Source of the DNA: Salmo salar
Taxonomy: Eukaryota
NCBI RefSeq assembly: GCF_905237065.1
Contig: NC_059444.1
Span: 51,878,644 to 51,942,643, forward strand
Direction of reading: 5' to 3'
Length of the DNA stretch: 64,000 bases
How positions within the stretch are numbered: position 1 is the stretch's first letter; every line of letters begins with the position of its first letter. The notes beneath the pieces are model-generated. The model searched no databases and was not told the origin of the DNA. It saw only the letters and a list, made by a program, of their open reading frames with translations. Below are positions 41,390 through 54,745 of this stretch, in pieces. The position numbers were made by a program, and so were the translations under genes.

Positions 41390-42088
41390 TATGGGCGTCA
41401 CTGGTACGACCCTGCCTCACACAGGAAGCGGCGCAGGTCCTAATCCAGGCACTTGTCATCTCCCGTCTGGATTATTGCAACTCGCTGTTGGCTGGGCTCC
41501 CTGCCTGTGCCATTAAACCCCTACAACTCATCCAGAACGCCGCAGCCCGTCTGGTGTTCAACCTTCCCAAGTTCTCTCACGTCACCCCGCTCCTCCGCTC
41601 TCTCCACTGGCTTCCAGTCGAAGCTCGCATCCGCTACAAGACCATGGTGCTTGCCTACGGAGCTGTGAGGGGAACGGCACCTCCGTACCTTCAGGCTCTG
41701 ATCAGGCCCTACACCCAAACAAGGGCACTCCGTTCATCCACCTCTGGCCTGCTCACCTCCCTACCTCTGAGGAAGCACAGTTCCCGCTCAGCCCAGTCAA
41801 AACTGTTCGCTGCTCTGGCACCCCAATGGTGGAACAAGCTCCCTCACGACGCCAGGACAGCGGAGTCAATCACCACCTTCCGGAGACACCTGAAACCCCA
41901 CCTCTTCAAGGAATACCTGGGATAGGATAAAGTAATCCTTCTAACCCCCCCCTTAAAGATTTAGATGCACTATTGTAAAGTGGTTGTTCCACTGGATATT
42001 ATAAGGTGAATGCAGCAATTTGTAAGTCGCTCTGGATAAGAGCGTCTGCTAAATGACTTAAATGTAAATGTAAATGTAAATGTAAATG
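41390..42088 (+). mobile_element. 5'-truncated LINE 3' end (ORF2 C-terminal region plus 3' UTR with (AAATGT)5 tail), nested in the hAT
   Basis: ORF 41332..41925 has ..LIQNAAARLVFNLPKFSHVTPLLRSLHWLPVEARIRYKTMVLAY.. The 3' end tgtaagtcgctctggataagagcgtctgctaaatgac is shared with salmonid SINE tails. It is followed by a hexamer microsatellite. Confidence 0.6.
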
Positions 42089-43487
42089 TCACTGCTATTA
42101 GTTTCACGACTGACATTTGGATCAGCGATGTCAGCCCCATGAGTCTGACAGCACAGTGGGTCGACGAGGATTTCGTACTGAGTTAAGCCGTATTGCATGC
42201 TCAAGAATGTGCTGGTCCTCATACCGCTGCTGCCACTTCAATGGGATTTGAGAACATGTTTGAAACTTGGAAACATGAACACACTCCTAGCTCCATTCCA
42301 ACAATTGACTGGAGAAATAAGCTCATCAACTGCGTCTGCAGCAGACGTGATACCCTCTGTCATGGCATTGAAACATCTGTCATGGCATTGAAACATCTGC
42401 TCAACAAAACTGCCAACACAGATCTTTGGGGTTAACTTGGAAAAGTACTCTACCAGAGGCTGTGAACAAGCGATTCGGTGGCATTCTCTCTAAGCCTCTT
42501 TACCGTGTCGTCACCATGCTCGATGCTAGGTACAAGGACCGCTCCTTCGATGCAGACAAGAAACAGGGATTACGTGAAAGGTTACAGACACTGCTGGACA
42601 AAATGGAAACAGGCTCTGTGACAGTGCCGCACTGAGGAAGAGGACCCACGACAGAAGAGGTCATGGACAGACAGAGCTGAAACTTCACTGCTTGACATGT
42701 ATGATGAAATCCTGGTCGAGAATGAAACAAATGAACAACGAAACAGCACAGCAAGCGAAAGAGATATGTTTTTATTATGTTTTACTGGTAAATGGGGACA
42801 TACGTAAATGCCACCAAAATACCTTTTTGGTCAGTGTGTGTTTCAACTATTTAACTGTACTAGAATGCTTAAAATGACGCCAAAAAAAATGTCAATATCG
42901 GTTATCGTGGTGGTATCTGTTTTTTTTGTTGTCAAGGAAAATATTGGATATCGTATCGGCCAAAAATGTCATATCGGTGCATCCCTAATTATAACAATGG
43001 ATCATAATTTGCAATCGTCTGAACACTTTTACCACTTACACATCAATGTGTTGACAGAGACTTGCATTAAGCATATCAGTAAGGTCCTTTGGTTGGCTCT
43101 CTCATCTCTATATGTCTTTCCCCCCTTCCGCTCTCCTCCCTCTCTCCCCCGCTCATTCTACAGCGTGGGCATTGTGAAGTAATAACGTAATAATGATCTA
43201 GGATCAAATTCCGTCTGATCACAGCTTTAGCACTGCTTTCTGAATACGGGCCCCTGTTTTCTCTGTGTGTGTGTGTGGTTTAGTATTTTCCCATTTTGAT
43301 TTACAGTACTTCTGTAAGTAAAGTCACAGCTACGAGTAGAAGTTGCTCTTAGGGACCGATCTGGGATCAGTTTGCCCTTCACAAATCCTAACTTTAGTAA
43401 TTAAGGTGGAAACACTAAAGCTGACCATAGATCAGTGTCCAGTAGCAACCTCCTCCTACTGAATGGGCTCTCCTGTCGTTCCCTTGA

Positions 43488-43757
<270 letters not shown>

Positions 43758-43784
43758 TGAAGTCCTGAAAGGTTCCCATGGTGA

Positions 43785-43943
<159 letters not shown>

Positions 43944-45734
43944 GGCCACACATCTACTGAGACACAAGGCTCAGTCCCAATTCTTCACCCTTCTCCCTAT
44001 GTTGCACACTTCCAGTCTTTAATATGTCAACGGTGGATACTCCTTCAAGGCAGGTGTGAATCGGGATACAGATCAAATCCTCCCCCTAGCCCCCTACCAC
44101 CTAGGAATTCCTAGAGATCTGAGGGGATTGGATAGATCAAAAATATTGAGGAAATTCCACCTAGCTTATCAGAACGCAAGGGGGAAGCCACGACCATATT
44201 GATCTGGATCCGATTTAAACCTTTCAGATCTACTGTAGTGCCTAGGTGGTAGGGGGTATGGGTCGATTTGGATCTCAGCGAACATGAAGCATATCTAGGC
44301 TCTCTCTAGAGCCCTGTTTATACCTGGTTCTAACATGCATCCCTCTTCCTGATATTTCCCTGATCTTGTCTGTTTACACTTAGAAGATCTGATCCCAATC
44401 AGATAGCAATGCGTCTTTTAATCGTCTACACCTGTCTACAATTGTGGGCACAATCCAAATGTGAGCACCAGGTATAAATGGGGATGACTTGCCACAAGAT
44501 GGGATGCACTACCGGTATGTTCCTATGTCTATAAGGGTGATACAAACCAACACACCATAACACACCATGGAGAAAATGCATGCTGACTATAAGTCATTTA
44601 CACTACAAGGCCTGGATGTTCTTAAGCACAACTCCTTTATGCTATGGAATAGACTAGTGGTGGTGTAGATGATCCCTTCAAGTTAGATTAGAGTTTCTTT
44701 GATTATTTGGATCAGCTGAGTAGTGCTCAGGCAAAAACCAAAATGTGCACCCCTTGGGGTCCAGAGGAGTTAGATGGAGATGTTTGTCAGTGGGATGGGG
44801 AATGCGGTTCTGGTTGCCTTATGGCCTCTTGTCACTAAATGTTGACATACACAACTCAACATTATACCTCCAATTTTATCTGATTTCATCTGCATGTTTT
44901 AGTCTACGGGCCTTTTTACTTCTCTTGTTCAGCTGATTTGATTGATTTCCATATCTTTCATGGTTATTTTAATAACAAATTGATGTCTATGTTGGTAATA
45001 ATATGCCTATGATACACAAATACCTAACATCAGATATCCTGTTTGTATTGTTGACATTTTAACCCAAATGGAACCCTATTCCCTACATAACCCTATGGGC
45101 CTTGGTCAAAAGTAGTCCACTACATAGGGAATAGGGGGCCATTTGGGATGAACACATTCACTGCATCCAAAACATGACATACACTGATACTATTATGAAT
45201 ACAGAAGTTCTTCCATGTTGTTGCATGATGCAATACAGTATTGACAAAAAAAAGTTGTCCCCTCTCTAATATAACTGTCCCCAGTCCCCAAAAAAGTATT
45301 TGATCAAAAAAGTATTATTATTATTACTTGATTTATTATTGAGGTGATTTCCCTGTATTGTTATTTTTGTTTTCTGTCATGTTTCTTATATTTGTCTCTT
45401 AATGCACGACTGAATGTGTGAATGTGGGTTTTTACTGACTTTTCAATGGCTGTATACGATTATCTTGTTGTGCTTTTAACAATTGTTGTTCTTACATTTA
45501 TATCAGGTGTTTTGTGTACAATATGAAAATACATTTGGAATGCACTACTGTATAAGTCTGACTTGGTTTCTATTTTGTGAGATGGCTTGCCTGAGGGAAA
45601 TGCAGTAGTCACTCAGTGCTACTGAACAGTAAAATAGCTCACGTTTACCCCCTGGTGGTTCAATGAATACATTACACATTTTCAAGTGTTAGTCATTTAG
45701 CTGACGCTCTCTCTGACCATGTTAAACGGTCCTT

Positions 45735-45875
45735 GCTATCCGGCATTCTTGGGACGTCCCAACTCTGACATTTCCTCATTGAAGTTGAAATTTACAACGG
45801 TTACGATAAGGTAAGAGTTAAAGTCAGGGTTATGGTTAGGGACGTCCCAAGGATCCCGGATAGCACTAACTTTTC
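45735..45875. repeat. Palindromic element (arms ctatccggcattcttgggacgtccc / gggacgtcccaaggatcccggatagc)
   Basis: Inverted repeat with a loop of about 90 nt. Confidence 0.6.
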
Positions 45876-46989
45876 AACTGCCCAGAACAAGTATCAAGCA
45901 AGAATAAATAAGACACTGCTGTTTTTTATGTGACAAACTTTTAAATTAAAGGCAACTGGAAACATGAATAAAACAGCACACATTTAAAAATAAACCCATT
46001 TATTGTACATAAGGCTCTGAACTACCAGCGCCACAATAAGTCAAAGTCTGAGCACTTGCTATGAGAGACCATGATGAGACTCTAATGAAGGCATCCTAAG
46101 CCGGTTTTGTCTCTCTAAATAAAATCCTCAGTTCAGTGCAGACACGGGGTGCTCATTTTCCTGGATAGTCACCTTACGAAGTGTCCTGGGGTAAGGAATG
46201 TGGTTTTGGACTAAACCACACAAGTAAAACTCCAGTCATTAGATTCTGCACTGCAGTGTCAGTGGGTTTTGGTTCCTGCCTTTTACTTCATTAATCAGTG
46301 TTTGTTATTGGACAAGTTCAAATAGTTTCACTTAATTTCCGTTTTATACCAAGTCAACATGACCCCGGTTTTTCTTGCAGATCTAGATCCTAAAAACATG
46401 ATTTTTTTTTAAAGATCAAAAACAAGCAGACACTGACTGTGGCTCTCAAGGAATTGTGTTTGACACCAGTGTCTTCAACCTATGGCTCATCATCTGCAGT
46501 CTCAAAGGTCAGTAGGCTCCACCCCCCCCCGAGTCACAAGCAGGAAGTGGATCAATACTACAACACAGCAAAAGTAAATAACCTCCCTGTAACAGACTGA
46601 CAGACTGGGCCCCGCTGCCCTTTGGACGGGCTGGTGCACAAACACAAACACAAACGCAGTAAAGTAAAACACACAGGCACAGTAAAAAAAAATTAAAAAA
46701 AGAAGTCTACACACACTTGCTGCTTGCTTAAGGTAGTCCATCACATCTGATGATGACTTCAACTACTCCTTGTGGGATCGCTGATGACTGTATAACCAGA
46801 TGCTTGTAACCGTCTGCCACAGACAGAGTACACAAAGACCTGTCCCGTTGAAGCCGGTGCAGCCATGGTCATACACACCCCTTCCATATGTATTTGGACA
46901 GTGAAGCTAAAATAAAATGTGTCTCTATACTCCAGCATTTTGGATTAGAGATTTTCATACATATCTGTTTTACCATTTAGAAATGAAAG

Positions 46990-47349
46990 AATTTTGTGGT
47001 ATCCAATTGTGTTCCATTACGGCAACTCCCCAACGGGCTCAGGAGAGGTGAGGTGAGGACAAACACGCTGCTCCTTATAAACACCCGGAAGTCAGCCGGA
47101 CCAATGTGTTGGAGGGGACACCGTTCAATTGACGACCCTAGTCAGCTTGCAGGCGCCCAGTCCGCCACGCGAAGACGCTAGAGCAAGTTAAGACAAGGAA
47201 TCCCCTGCCAACCCTACCCTCCCCTAACCCGGACAGTGCTAGGCCAATTGTGCACTGCCCTTGGAACTCCCGGGTCACGCCAGGCTGTAGTGACGCCCCT
47301 CTGCACTTTGGGTGAAGTGCCATAGCAGGATGCGCCACTCGGGAGCGCC
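46990..47349 (-). mobile_element. Salmonid tRNA-derived SINE, second copy (shorter subfamily)
   Basis: Reverse complement begins ggcgctcccgagtggcgcatcctgctatggcac. Shares ..cacaattggcctagcactgtccgggttaggggagggt.. with 8445-8903. Confidence 0.7.
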
Positions 47350-47604
47350 GTTGCAAAGAAAAACGTATAAAGTCTTTATATAGCACTACTTAAACGCTTT
47401 ACAAATCATAAGCATATGTCATAATCTATAAATACTGTATTAACTTACATTTGGCAATAAACTCTACAGTGGGAATTGTTATGTCACCCTTTATACACCA
47501 TGTATGACATACACTTACACATATAGATTATTTGTGAAGCATTTATATAGTGCTTATAAAGCCTTTATGTATGCTATAAAAAGTCTTTATAGGTTGTACT
47601 GCCC

Positions 47605-48803
47605 TCATCCAATGTCTGAGACATGAGTCCTGATGTGTTTGGTCAGCTTAGCTGCCTCACTGAAAGCCTTGCCACACAAGCTGCAGGTGTGGGCCCCGCC
47701 ACCGGCAGGCCGCATACCATTATGTACGCGCTGGTGCTTCCTACACGTGTAGGCGTCCTTGAAGCTCATGCCGCAGACAGGGCAGCCGTACAACCGCAGC
47801 TCTGTGTGAACGCGCCGGTGGTTCCTCAGTGTGCCATCGTTGTTGAATCGCTTGCCACACAGTGCACAAACGTACGGCTTCTCCCCTGTGTGAATGCGGA
47901 GGTGGATCTTGAGGCGTGACACGTGACTGAATATCTTACCACACTGAGGGCACGGGTGGGACTTCTGATCCCCCCTGTTGTTTGTTTGTTGTTGACCCCT
48001 GTTGTTTGTGGACCTGTTTACTTGTTGATGACCCCTATTTGTTGATCTATTTGTTTGTTGTTGACGTCTGGTTTGACCCGGATAGAACAGGGAGGTCAAG
48101 GGACCTACGGTACTGGTGGTGGTGGTGTCCCCGAAGTCTAGTTCTGGCCCTGTTGTTACACAGCCATCGCTGCCAATCTGACGGAAAAAGCCGTCTGGGA
48201 TCATGGCCGCACTAGCTGATACCAGGTCAGTTGGGACGCCCGAGGCAGTGGAGGCAACATACCTGCTGCTGTCTGCAACCACTGATTCCAGGTCAGCGCT
48301 CAGGTCTGAAACAATGTACCTGGTTTCAACAGTGGCTGGTCCAGGGTCCGAACTGGGGTTTAGTTCACTACACCCCATCTGAGCAGATACTGACCCCAAG
48401 TCAGTAGGGCTAGTATCACTAGGCTCTGTTTTGATGCCCTCAGAGTTATAGTGTAAAACCACTCTGTCCACGGGGCATGATGTGCTGCTGAAGGGAGTTG
48501 CAGAGGGAAGTAGAAGCTGGTCGTCTTCTTCGTCCAAGTCCCTTTTCACGGACGCTGAAGTCAATGGAGCTACTACTGGGGTGGTAGCTGATGTATCGGT
48601 CTGTTGTGAGGACATGGTACGTGGAGAGTTACACAGACTCTTCCACTCGGTGCAGTCTGTGGGTAGCTGGCTATGTGTGGCAGGCATCTCATCCTGGCTC
48701 ATTACCATGTGGTTCTGGGTCTGTGTAGACTCAAGGTCTGGACCCTGGTCGGAACTCCACTGGTGCTGCCCAGACACAGAGAGAGAAACAGGCCTGGTCG
48801 AGA
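47605..48803 (-). CDS. ZNF-A exon 2: Ser/Thr-rich linker plus four C2H2 fingers (CPQC..HLRIH, CALC..HRRVH, CPVC..HQRVH, CSLC..HIRTH), stop at 47605-47607
   Basis: ORF-track 47605..48978(-). Phase-1 acceptor ctgtttgttggtctgtccatccag| at 48804 joins the exon 1 g to give V, in the ORF frame. Canonical TGEKPY linkers. Confidence 0.75.
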
Positions 48804-49130
48804 CTGGATGGACAGACCAACAAACAGACAGAAAAGAGAGAGAAATCAGCTTGATTACGTTCGCACAACTACAGAAGCAACGATCCAAACATGAGTTTAC
48901 AGGCATTCTGTAGGATGAGCTCGTTTGGGTAATGTGGTGATCTACTGGGCTTGAGACTGTCCAAATGCGCCATATCATAATATTCTAGAAAAACCTGCAT
49001 CCTCTCCCCTTTATCTACACTCAGTGAAATAATTGACAGATGAAAACAGTATGGGCAACAGAGGTCATCTGGCTTTCACTTGGTCTCAGATGAGTGCAGA
49101 CAATAGACAAAGAGCCATTGGAATCATCAC

Positions 49131-49323
49131 CTGCTGAACATTCCGTTCCCGTGTCGAGTCCAACTTCTCGTAACCTTCGTTTTAGGACTTCATTCTCTCT
49201 CTTCGTCCGGGCAGTCTCCTCCTCGAATTCTGACACTGTCCCCCCGACCACCTCCAGTATCTCATCTACAGCCACCATTAACCGCTCGGTGAGGTAAGCA
49301 TTCAAAAGCTGTAGTTTAGCCAT
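49131..49323 (-). CDS. C2H2 zinc-finger gene ZNF-A exon 1: conserved teleost N-terminal domain (MAKLQLLNAYLTERLMVAVDEILEVVGGTVSEFEEETARTKRENEVLKRRLREVGLDTGTECSA)
   Basis: ORF-track 49021..49323(-). Start ATG at 49323. Donor CAG|GTGATG at 49131, phase 1. 63 percent identical to ZNF-B exon 1. This leucine-rich N-terminal module commonly precedes C2H2 arrays in teleost ZNF genes. Confidence 0.6.
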
Positions 49324-49950
49324 TTTCTAGAAATTTTGCCTGCCCAAAATATTTGTTAAAATCCTTACTGAAAGCCTACTAATAACGACCCAAGCAAGAC
49401 TGTTTTGTAAACATATCCGCGAAAGCATTCACTTCCGGGTTATTTGACTTTCCTTGGTCATGTGATAAAAATGCTACCGTGATTCATGAAAAAGGGGAGG
49501 AAAGAATTTTATTAACGGGATTTTCCACTTAAATACGTTAGGTTTGCAGCCTTATTACAGAGTATATTAATAAATATATTGAGTGAAGGTAACGTGAGTC
49601 AAGCATCTGGTATCTTCCTTTTGGAAATAAACAACCTGAAAGATGGTTCAACTTTAATATAAAAGAAATACAGAATCAGAAATGTGATTTTAATAATTAA
49701 ATGATGGACTGATTGAATTCATTTTTCACAGACACACACACACACTCTTCAATCAAGCTGGAAACATCAGCCACGATGACATTATCCATTTGTTTTCTAC
49801 TGCACTGTTTTTATTAATCCCAATAAATACATGTAGGAAATATTCCTATGGCTAAAACACTTCAACGTTTCACAATCCCTTCATGTCGTCCTGTGTTTGA
49901 AATGGTGCAGCCGATTCAGTAGTAGCTGATTAGTTAGCACATTGACCTCC

Positions 49951-50155
49951 TCATGTGATGAGCTGCCCTGCTTCTGTAAGGTGTGTGTTCAGGTGTACCC
50001 GCAGGCCGCTGGCCACAGTGAAGCTCTTGGGACACTGGACACAGCGATAGGGTTTCTCCCCAGAGTGAGTCCGTTTGTGCTTCTTCATGGTGTCTCCGTC
50101 GCTGAAGGTCCTGTGGCAGTAGGGGCAGCTGTAGGGTCTCTCACCGGTGTGGATC
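49951..50155 (-). CDS. ZNF-B exon 3: completes the split finger (R-IHTGERPYSCPYCHRTFSDGDTMKKHKRTHSGEKPYRCVQCPKSFTVASGLRVHLNTHLTEAGQLIT, stop)
   Basis: Minus-strand reading of the antisense ORF 49942..50172. The AT-rich acceptor ..ttatatattatag| at 50156 joins the ag from exon 2 to g, giving R then IHTGERPY. This exactly restores the H-x3-H of the finger begun in exon 2. The 3.4-kb intron contains a LINE. Confidence 0.65.
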
Positions 50156-50394
50156 CTATAATATATAAATAAGTATAAAAAATATATATAAAAATAATAG
50201 TATATAAATGGAGTGAAGCGACTTTAACCCAACACCTAGCAACCTCGTCAAGAGGTTTGGATTTCTGGGCGTAACGGCAAAGGTGTTGGATTGACAGTCG
50301 CTGGTCAGAGCTACCGCCTAAATTCGCTACAATATACAGTGAGCTACAAAACTATTGGGACAGTGACACATTATTTGTTGTTTTGGCTCTGAAC

Positions 50395-51990
50395 TCCAGG
50401 ACTTGGGATTTGAAATCGCCGCCACCTTACCGGCCACCCTAGACCCACTTCAGTTTGCATACCGCCCCAACAGGTCCACAGATGACGCAATAGCCATCAC
50501 ACTGCCCTATCCCATCTGGACAAAAACAATACCCATGTAAGAATGCTGTTCATTGACTACAGCTCAGCATTCAACACCATAGCACCCTCCAAGCTCATCA
50601 TCAAGCTGGAGGCCCTGGCTCTCAACCCCGCCCTGTGTATCTGGGTCATTGACTTTCTGACGGGTCGCCCCCAGGTGGTGAAGGTAGGAAGCAACATCTC
50701 CACTTCGCTGACCCTCAACACTGGGGCCCTATAAGGGTGTGTGCTCAGCCCTCTCCAGTACTCCCTGTTCACCCACGACTGCGTGGCCATGCACGCCTCC
50801 AACTCATCAAGTTTGAAGTAGTGGGGTAGTGGGCTTGATCAGTAGTGGGCTTGATCACCAACAACGACGAGACAGCCTACAGGGAGGAGGTGAGGGCACT
50901 CGGAGTGTGGTGTCAGGAAAACAACCTCTCACTCAACGTCAACAAAACAAAGAAGATGATCATGGACTTCAGCAGAGGGAGCCCCTATCTACATCTAAGG
51001 GACGACAGTGGAGAAGGTGGAACATTTTAAGTTCCTGGGTGTACACATCACAGACAAACTGAAATGGTCCACCTACAGACAGTGTGGTGAAGAAGGCACA
51101 ACAGCGCCTCTTCAACCTCAAGGGACTGAAGAAATTTGGCTTGTAACCCAAAACCCTGACAAACTTTTACAGATGCACAATCGAGAGCATCCTGTCGGGG
51201 TGTATCACAGCCTGGTACGGCAACTGCACCGCCCTCAACCGCAAGGCTCTCCAGAGGGTGGTGCGGTCTGCACAACGCATCACCGGGGACAAACTACCTG
51301 CCCTCCATGACACCTACAGCACCCGATGTCACAGGAAGGCCAAAAAGATCGTCAAGGACAACAACCACCCGAGCCACTGCCGGTTCACACCGCTATCATC
51401 CAGAAGGCGAGGTCAGTACAGGTGCATCAAAGCTGGGACCGAGAGATTGAGAAACAGCTTCTATCTCAAGGCCATCAGACTGCTAAACAGCAATCACTAA
51501 CTCAGAGAGGCTGCTGCCTACATTGAGACCCAATCACTGGACACTTTAATAAATGGATCACTAGTCATTTTAAACAATGCCACTTTAAATAATGCCTCTT
51601 TAATAATGTTTACATATCTTACATTACTCATATCACATATAAAATACAGTATATACATGTGATATGAGTAATGTAAGATATGTAAATTGTGGAATTGTTT
51701 AAAGTGACTAGTGATCCATTTATTAAAGTGTCCAGTGATTGGTTCTCAACACTGTATTTTATACCATCTATTGCACCTTGCCTATGCCGCTCGGCCACAG
51801 CTCATCCATATACTCACATGTACATATTCTCAATCACCCCTTTAGATTTGTGTGTATTAGGTAGTTGTTGGGGAATTGTTAAGACTACTTGTTAGATATT
51901 ACTGCACTGTTGGAACTAGAAGCACAAGCATTTCACTAAACTCGCATTAACATCTGCTAACCATGTGTATGTGACCAATAGAATTTGATT
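50395..51990 (+). mobile_element. LINE copy (RT plus downstream ORF plus 3' UTR with a 26-nt-arm perfect hairpin), frameshifted; lies in the ZNF-B intron, antisense to the gene
   Basis: RT motifs [40 protein letters not shown]. Paralogous to 55250-57060. Hairpin catatcttacattactcatatcacat..atgtgatatgagtaatgtaagatatg at 51614-51690. The 3' end abuts a Tc1-like fragment (51915-51990). Confidence 0.75.
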
Positions 51991-53574
51991 TGAAATGAAA
52001 CAATGACTGAGGTTAAAGTGTAGACTGTCCGTTTTTAATTAGAGGGTATTTTCATCCATAATCGAGTGAACCGTTTAGAAATTACAGCACTTTTTGTACA
52101 TAGTCCCCCCCCCCCCATTTTAGGGGACCAAAAGTATTGGGACTAATTGACTAAAATTAGTATTAAAGTAGTCAAAAGTTTAGTATTTGTGCCCCTATTC
52201 CAAGCACACAATGTGTACATCAAGCTTGGGACTCTAGAAACTTGTTGGATGCATTTGCTGTTTGTTTTTTGTTGTTTCAGATTATATTGTGCCCAATAGA
52301 AATGAATGGTAAATAATGCATTGTGTCATTTTGGAGTCACTTTTTGTTGTAAATACAAGTAAGAATAGAATATGTTTCTAAACACTTCTACATTCATGTG
52401 GATGCTACCATGACTACGGATAGTCCTGAATGAATCGTGAATAATGATGAGTGAGGAAGTTACAGATGCATAAATATCGTCACCATCATTCACGATTCAT
52501 TCAGGACTATCCGTAATCATGGCAGCATTCACATTACTTCTACTCCTTTTTGCCATGGGGCAAAGATCATTTTTTTTCTAGTTTTACAGCTAATTTTCTT
52601 CAATTCTACCCTTTTTGCCATGTGATGGGAGATAATTGTTTTCAGTTTTAAAGTGCATTTCCTGCAATTCTACACATTTTGCCATGACTTATGCAATGTT
52701 AATGATATCTGAGTGAGAGTGACTAACAAAATCAATGGGGGCCACCTGGAGGTCAGGACCTCTGCGTGCCCTGCGTGCGCGTGCACGGTCGGTAGTCGGC
52801 CATGATTACTACAAGTTTAGATAGCTTGCTAGACTCATTTAAAACAGTTAGCCGACATGGCTAATTGAGTGACTGTCAGTGATGACATAAGAGGAAAAAT
52901 AAATAAATAAATAGCTGATGCACGTCCAAATTTCGAACTTGCACCTTGTGTGTTCTACTATTCTAACTCACAATAGTAAGTTGAGACCACAACTGCGGTG
53001 CTTATGTTGCTTATGCCTGGAGCCGGGCCCTGGTGATAGGGATGAACCAGGTAATCAACATACAGTGGAGGACAAGTTGTCACAGGCCTCCAACCTATAT
53101 AGCCCATACTACCATACCTGCCCAGTGCCCAGGCCCATGACCCAGCCACATTGTCAGCACTTAGCTTTTATGTAAAGATTGACGGCTATTCTATTGGGCA
53201 CAAAATAATCTGAAACAAAAATGAAAACAAACAGCAAATTCATCCAACAAGTTTGTAGAGTCACAAGCTTGATGTAATCATTGCCTGCTAGAAATATGGG
53301 ACTAAATACTGAGCTTTTGACTACGTTAATACACATAAGTGAATTTGTCCCAATACTTTTGGTCCCCTAAAAATGGGGACTATGTACAAAAAGTGCTGTA
53401 ATTTCTAAACGGTTCACCCAATTACAGCTGACAGTCTGCAGTTTAACATCATAGTGATCGAATCACTTCAAAACCAAAGTGCTGCAGCACAGAGCCAAAA
53501 CAACTAAATGTGTCCCTGTCCCAATACTTTTGGAGCCCACTGTATAATAATACAATATAATAATGTATTCCAAC

Positions 53575-54487
53575 CTCAGGTGCCGCCTCAGGTTGCCTCT
53601 CTGGGTAAAGCTTTTGGAGCACCAGGAGCAGCGGTGGGGCCTCTCCCCCGTGTGGATGCGGTGGTGGCGCCGCAGGTCAGCCGACTGGGCGAAGGACTTA
53701 CAGCACCAGTCACAGGCATAGGGCTTCTTGTACTGGAGGTGGAGGTGGAGGCTGGCCGCCTGGCTGAAACTCTCCCGACAGCGGGTGCAGCGGTGTGGGC
53801 GTCCCTCCTGGTGGTCGGTGGGGATGAAGTTGTTACTCTCGTTGTATGGCAACACCCCGTCCTTGGGCCCAGGCTCTGTTTCACACGTTTGCTGGTCATG
53901 TACGGGTGTGTTATGGAGCTCTGAGATATCCATATCTGGAAGGTCTTTGAAGCCAGTGTCGCCTGAGAGTTCATGGTTGTGGGGTAGTAGTGTTATAGGA
54001 CGACCTGTGTAGTCTGAACTGGATTGAGGTTCATGGTTGGTGAGGTTCACTGTGACGTCACATTCCTTGGGTTCCATTTTGATCCGTCCCTGGATTGGGT
54101 CGATGGGAGAGGACGTCTTTCCCTCTGTCCTAAGGACTGGCATTTCAGCGTTGGCTGCTCCAGTTGTTGTGGCACAGTTGGCATTGGAGGAGAACGGAGA
54201 TGGGGCCAAGGACGAGGTGTTTCCAAAACTCTTGGGTTCTGGGTCTGAGTTGTGCTCGGTCTTTGGGATTGCCTCCCCTGGACTGGGCTTCTCTTCTACT
54301 CTGACTGTTTCAGTGTGTCCCTGGTTTGGTCCTGTGAGACCCCCATCCTTACCCAACGCTACCTGGCTCTGTAGCCCTCGTCTGTTGACCTGTCTCTGCT
54401 GCAGGGGCTCTGGGTCATGTTCATGACTGGAGCTCCACTCTTGCTCGCAGAGCTGCTGCTGCCCAGAGAGAGAAAGGCTGTTGGATC
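53575..54487 (-). CDS. ZNF-B exon 2: linker plus C2H2 fingers (CDWC..HHRIH, and CSWC..HLR split by the intron)
   Basis: ORF-track 53463..54356(-) frame. Phase-1 acceptor ctttgcaccctctttctatgcag| at 54488. Donor CTGAG|GTTGGA at 53575, phase 2, lies inside a zinc-finger HLR|IH motif. Confidence 0.7.
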
Positions 54488-54745
54488 CTGCATAGAAAGA
54501 GGGTGCAAAGACAAAGTGCTGTCATTAAATAAGTAAGACATTTAGTAAATATTTATGACATTGTAATTAATCATGCACTATTAGTTAAGGGATATTCGGA
54601 ATTCGGGCACTTCTCGCGAACCAACGTAACGTTAGTGTCAATCGTCAACAGACAGACGTCACCCAAAGTAGCTAACTAGTTGACAGGTTGCCAATTCATT
54701 TTTGCGTGATCATTAAATTAGCATTATCCAACAAAATGTTCTTAC

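Larger units (their letters stand above)
38506..42987 (+). mobile_element. hAT-superfamily DNA transposon (4.48 kb) with 8-bp TSD ATTATAAC, TIR tagggatgcac(c)gatat; carries transposase remnants and nested insertions
   Basis: TSD at 38498-38505 and 42988-42995. hAT-like transposase motifs on + are FSVVDDVGFRRLVEHLEPRYTLTSRCYFSDVALPELH, TAISFTTDIWISDVSPMSLTAQWVDEDFVLS, and C-terminal RFGGILSKPLYRVVTMLDARYKD. The 5' segment 38512-38717 is duplicated at 40978-41168. Confidence 0.8.

Noticed and set aside
44088..44253. 16-nt inverted repeat (ccccctaccacctagg / cctaggtggtaggggg) flanking about 135 bp.
   Set aside because: Too short and isolated to call a MITE with confidence, and no TSD was identified. 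It is noted only as a possible small foldback.
48804..48978. The extended ORF upstream of ZNF-A exon 2 (ORF-track start 48978, MIWRIWTV...), and the equivalent for ZNF-B 54356..54541.
   Set aside because: The upstream part is pyrimidine-rich intron that happens to be open. Phase-1 acceptors at 48804 and 54488 with strong polypyrimidine tracts connect properly to the conserved first exons.
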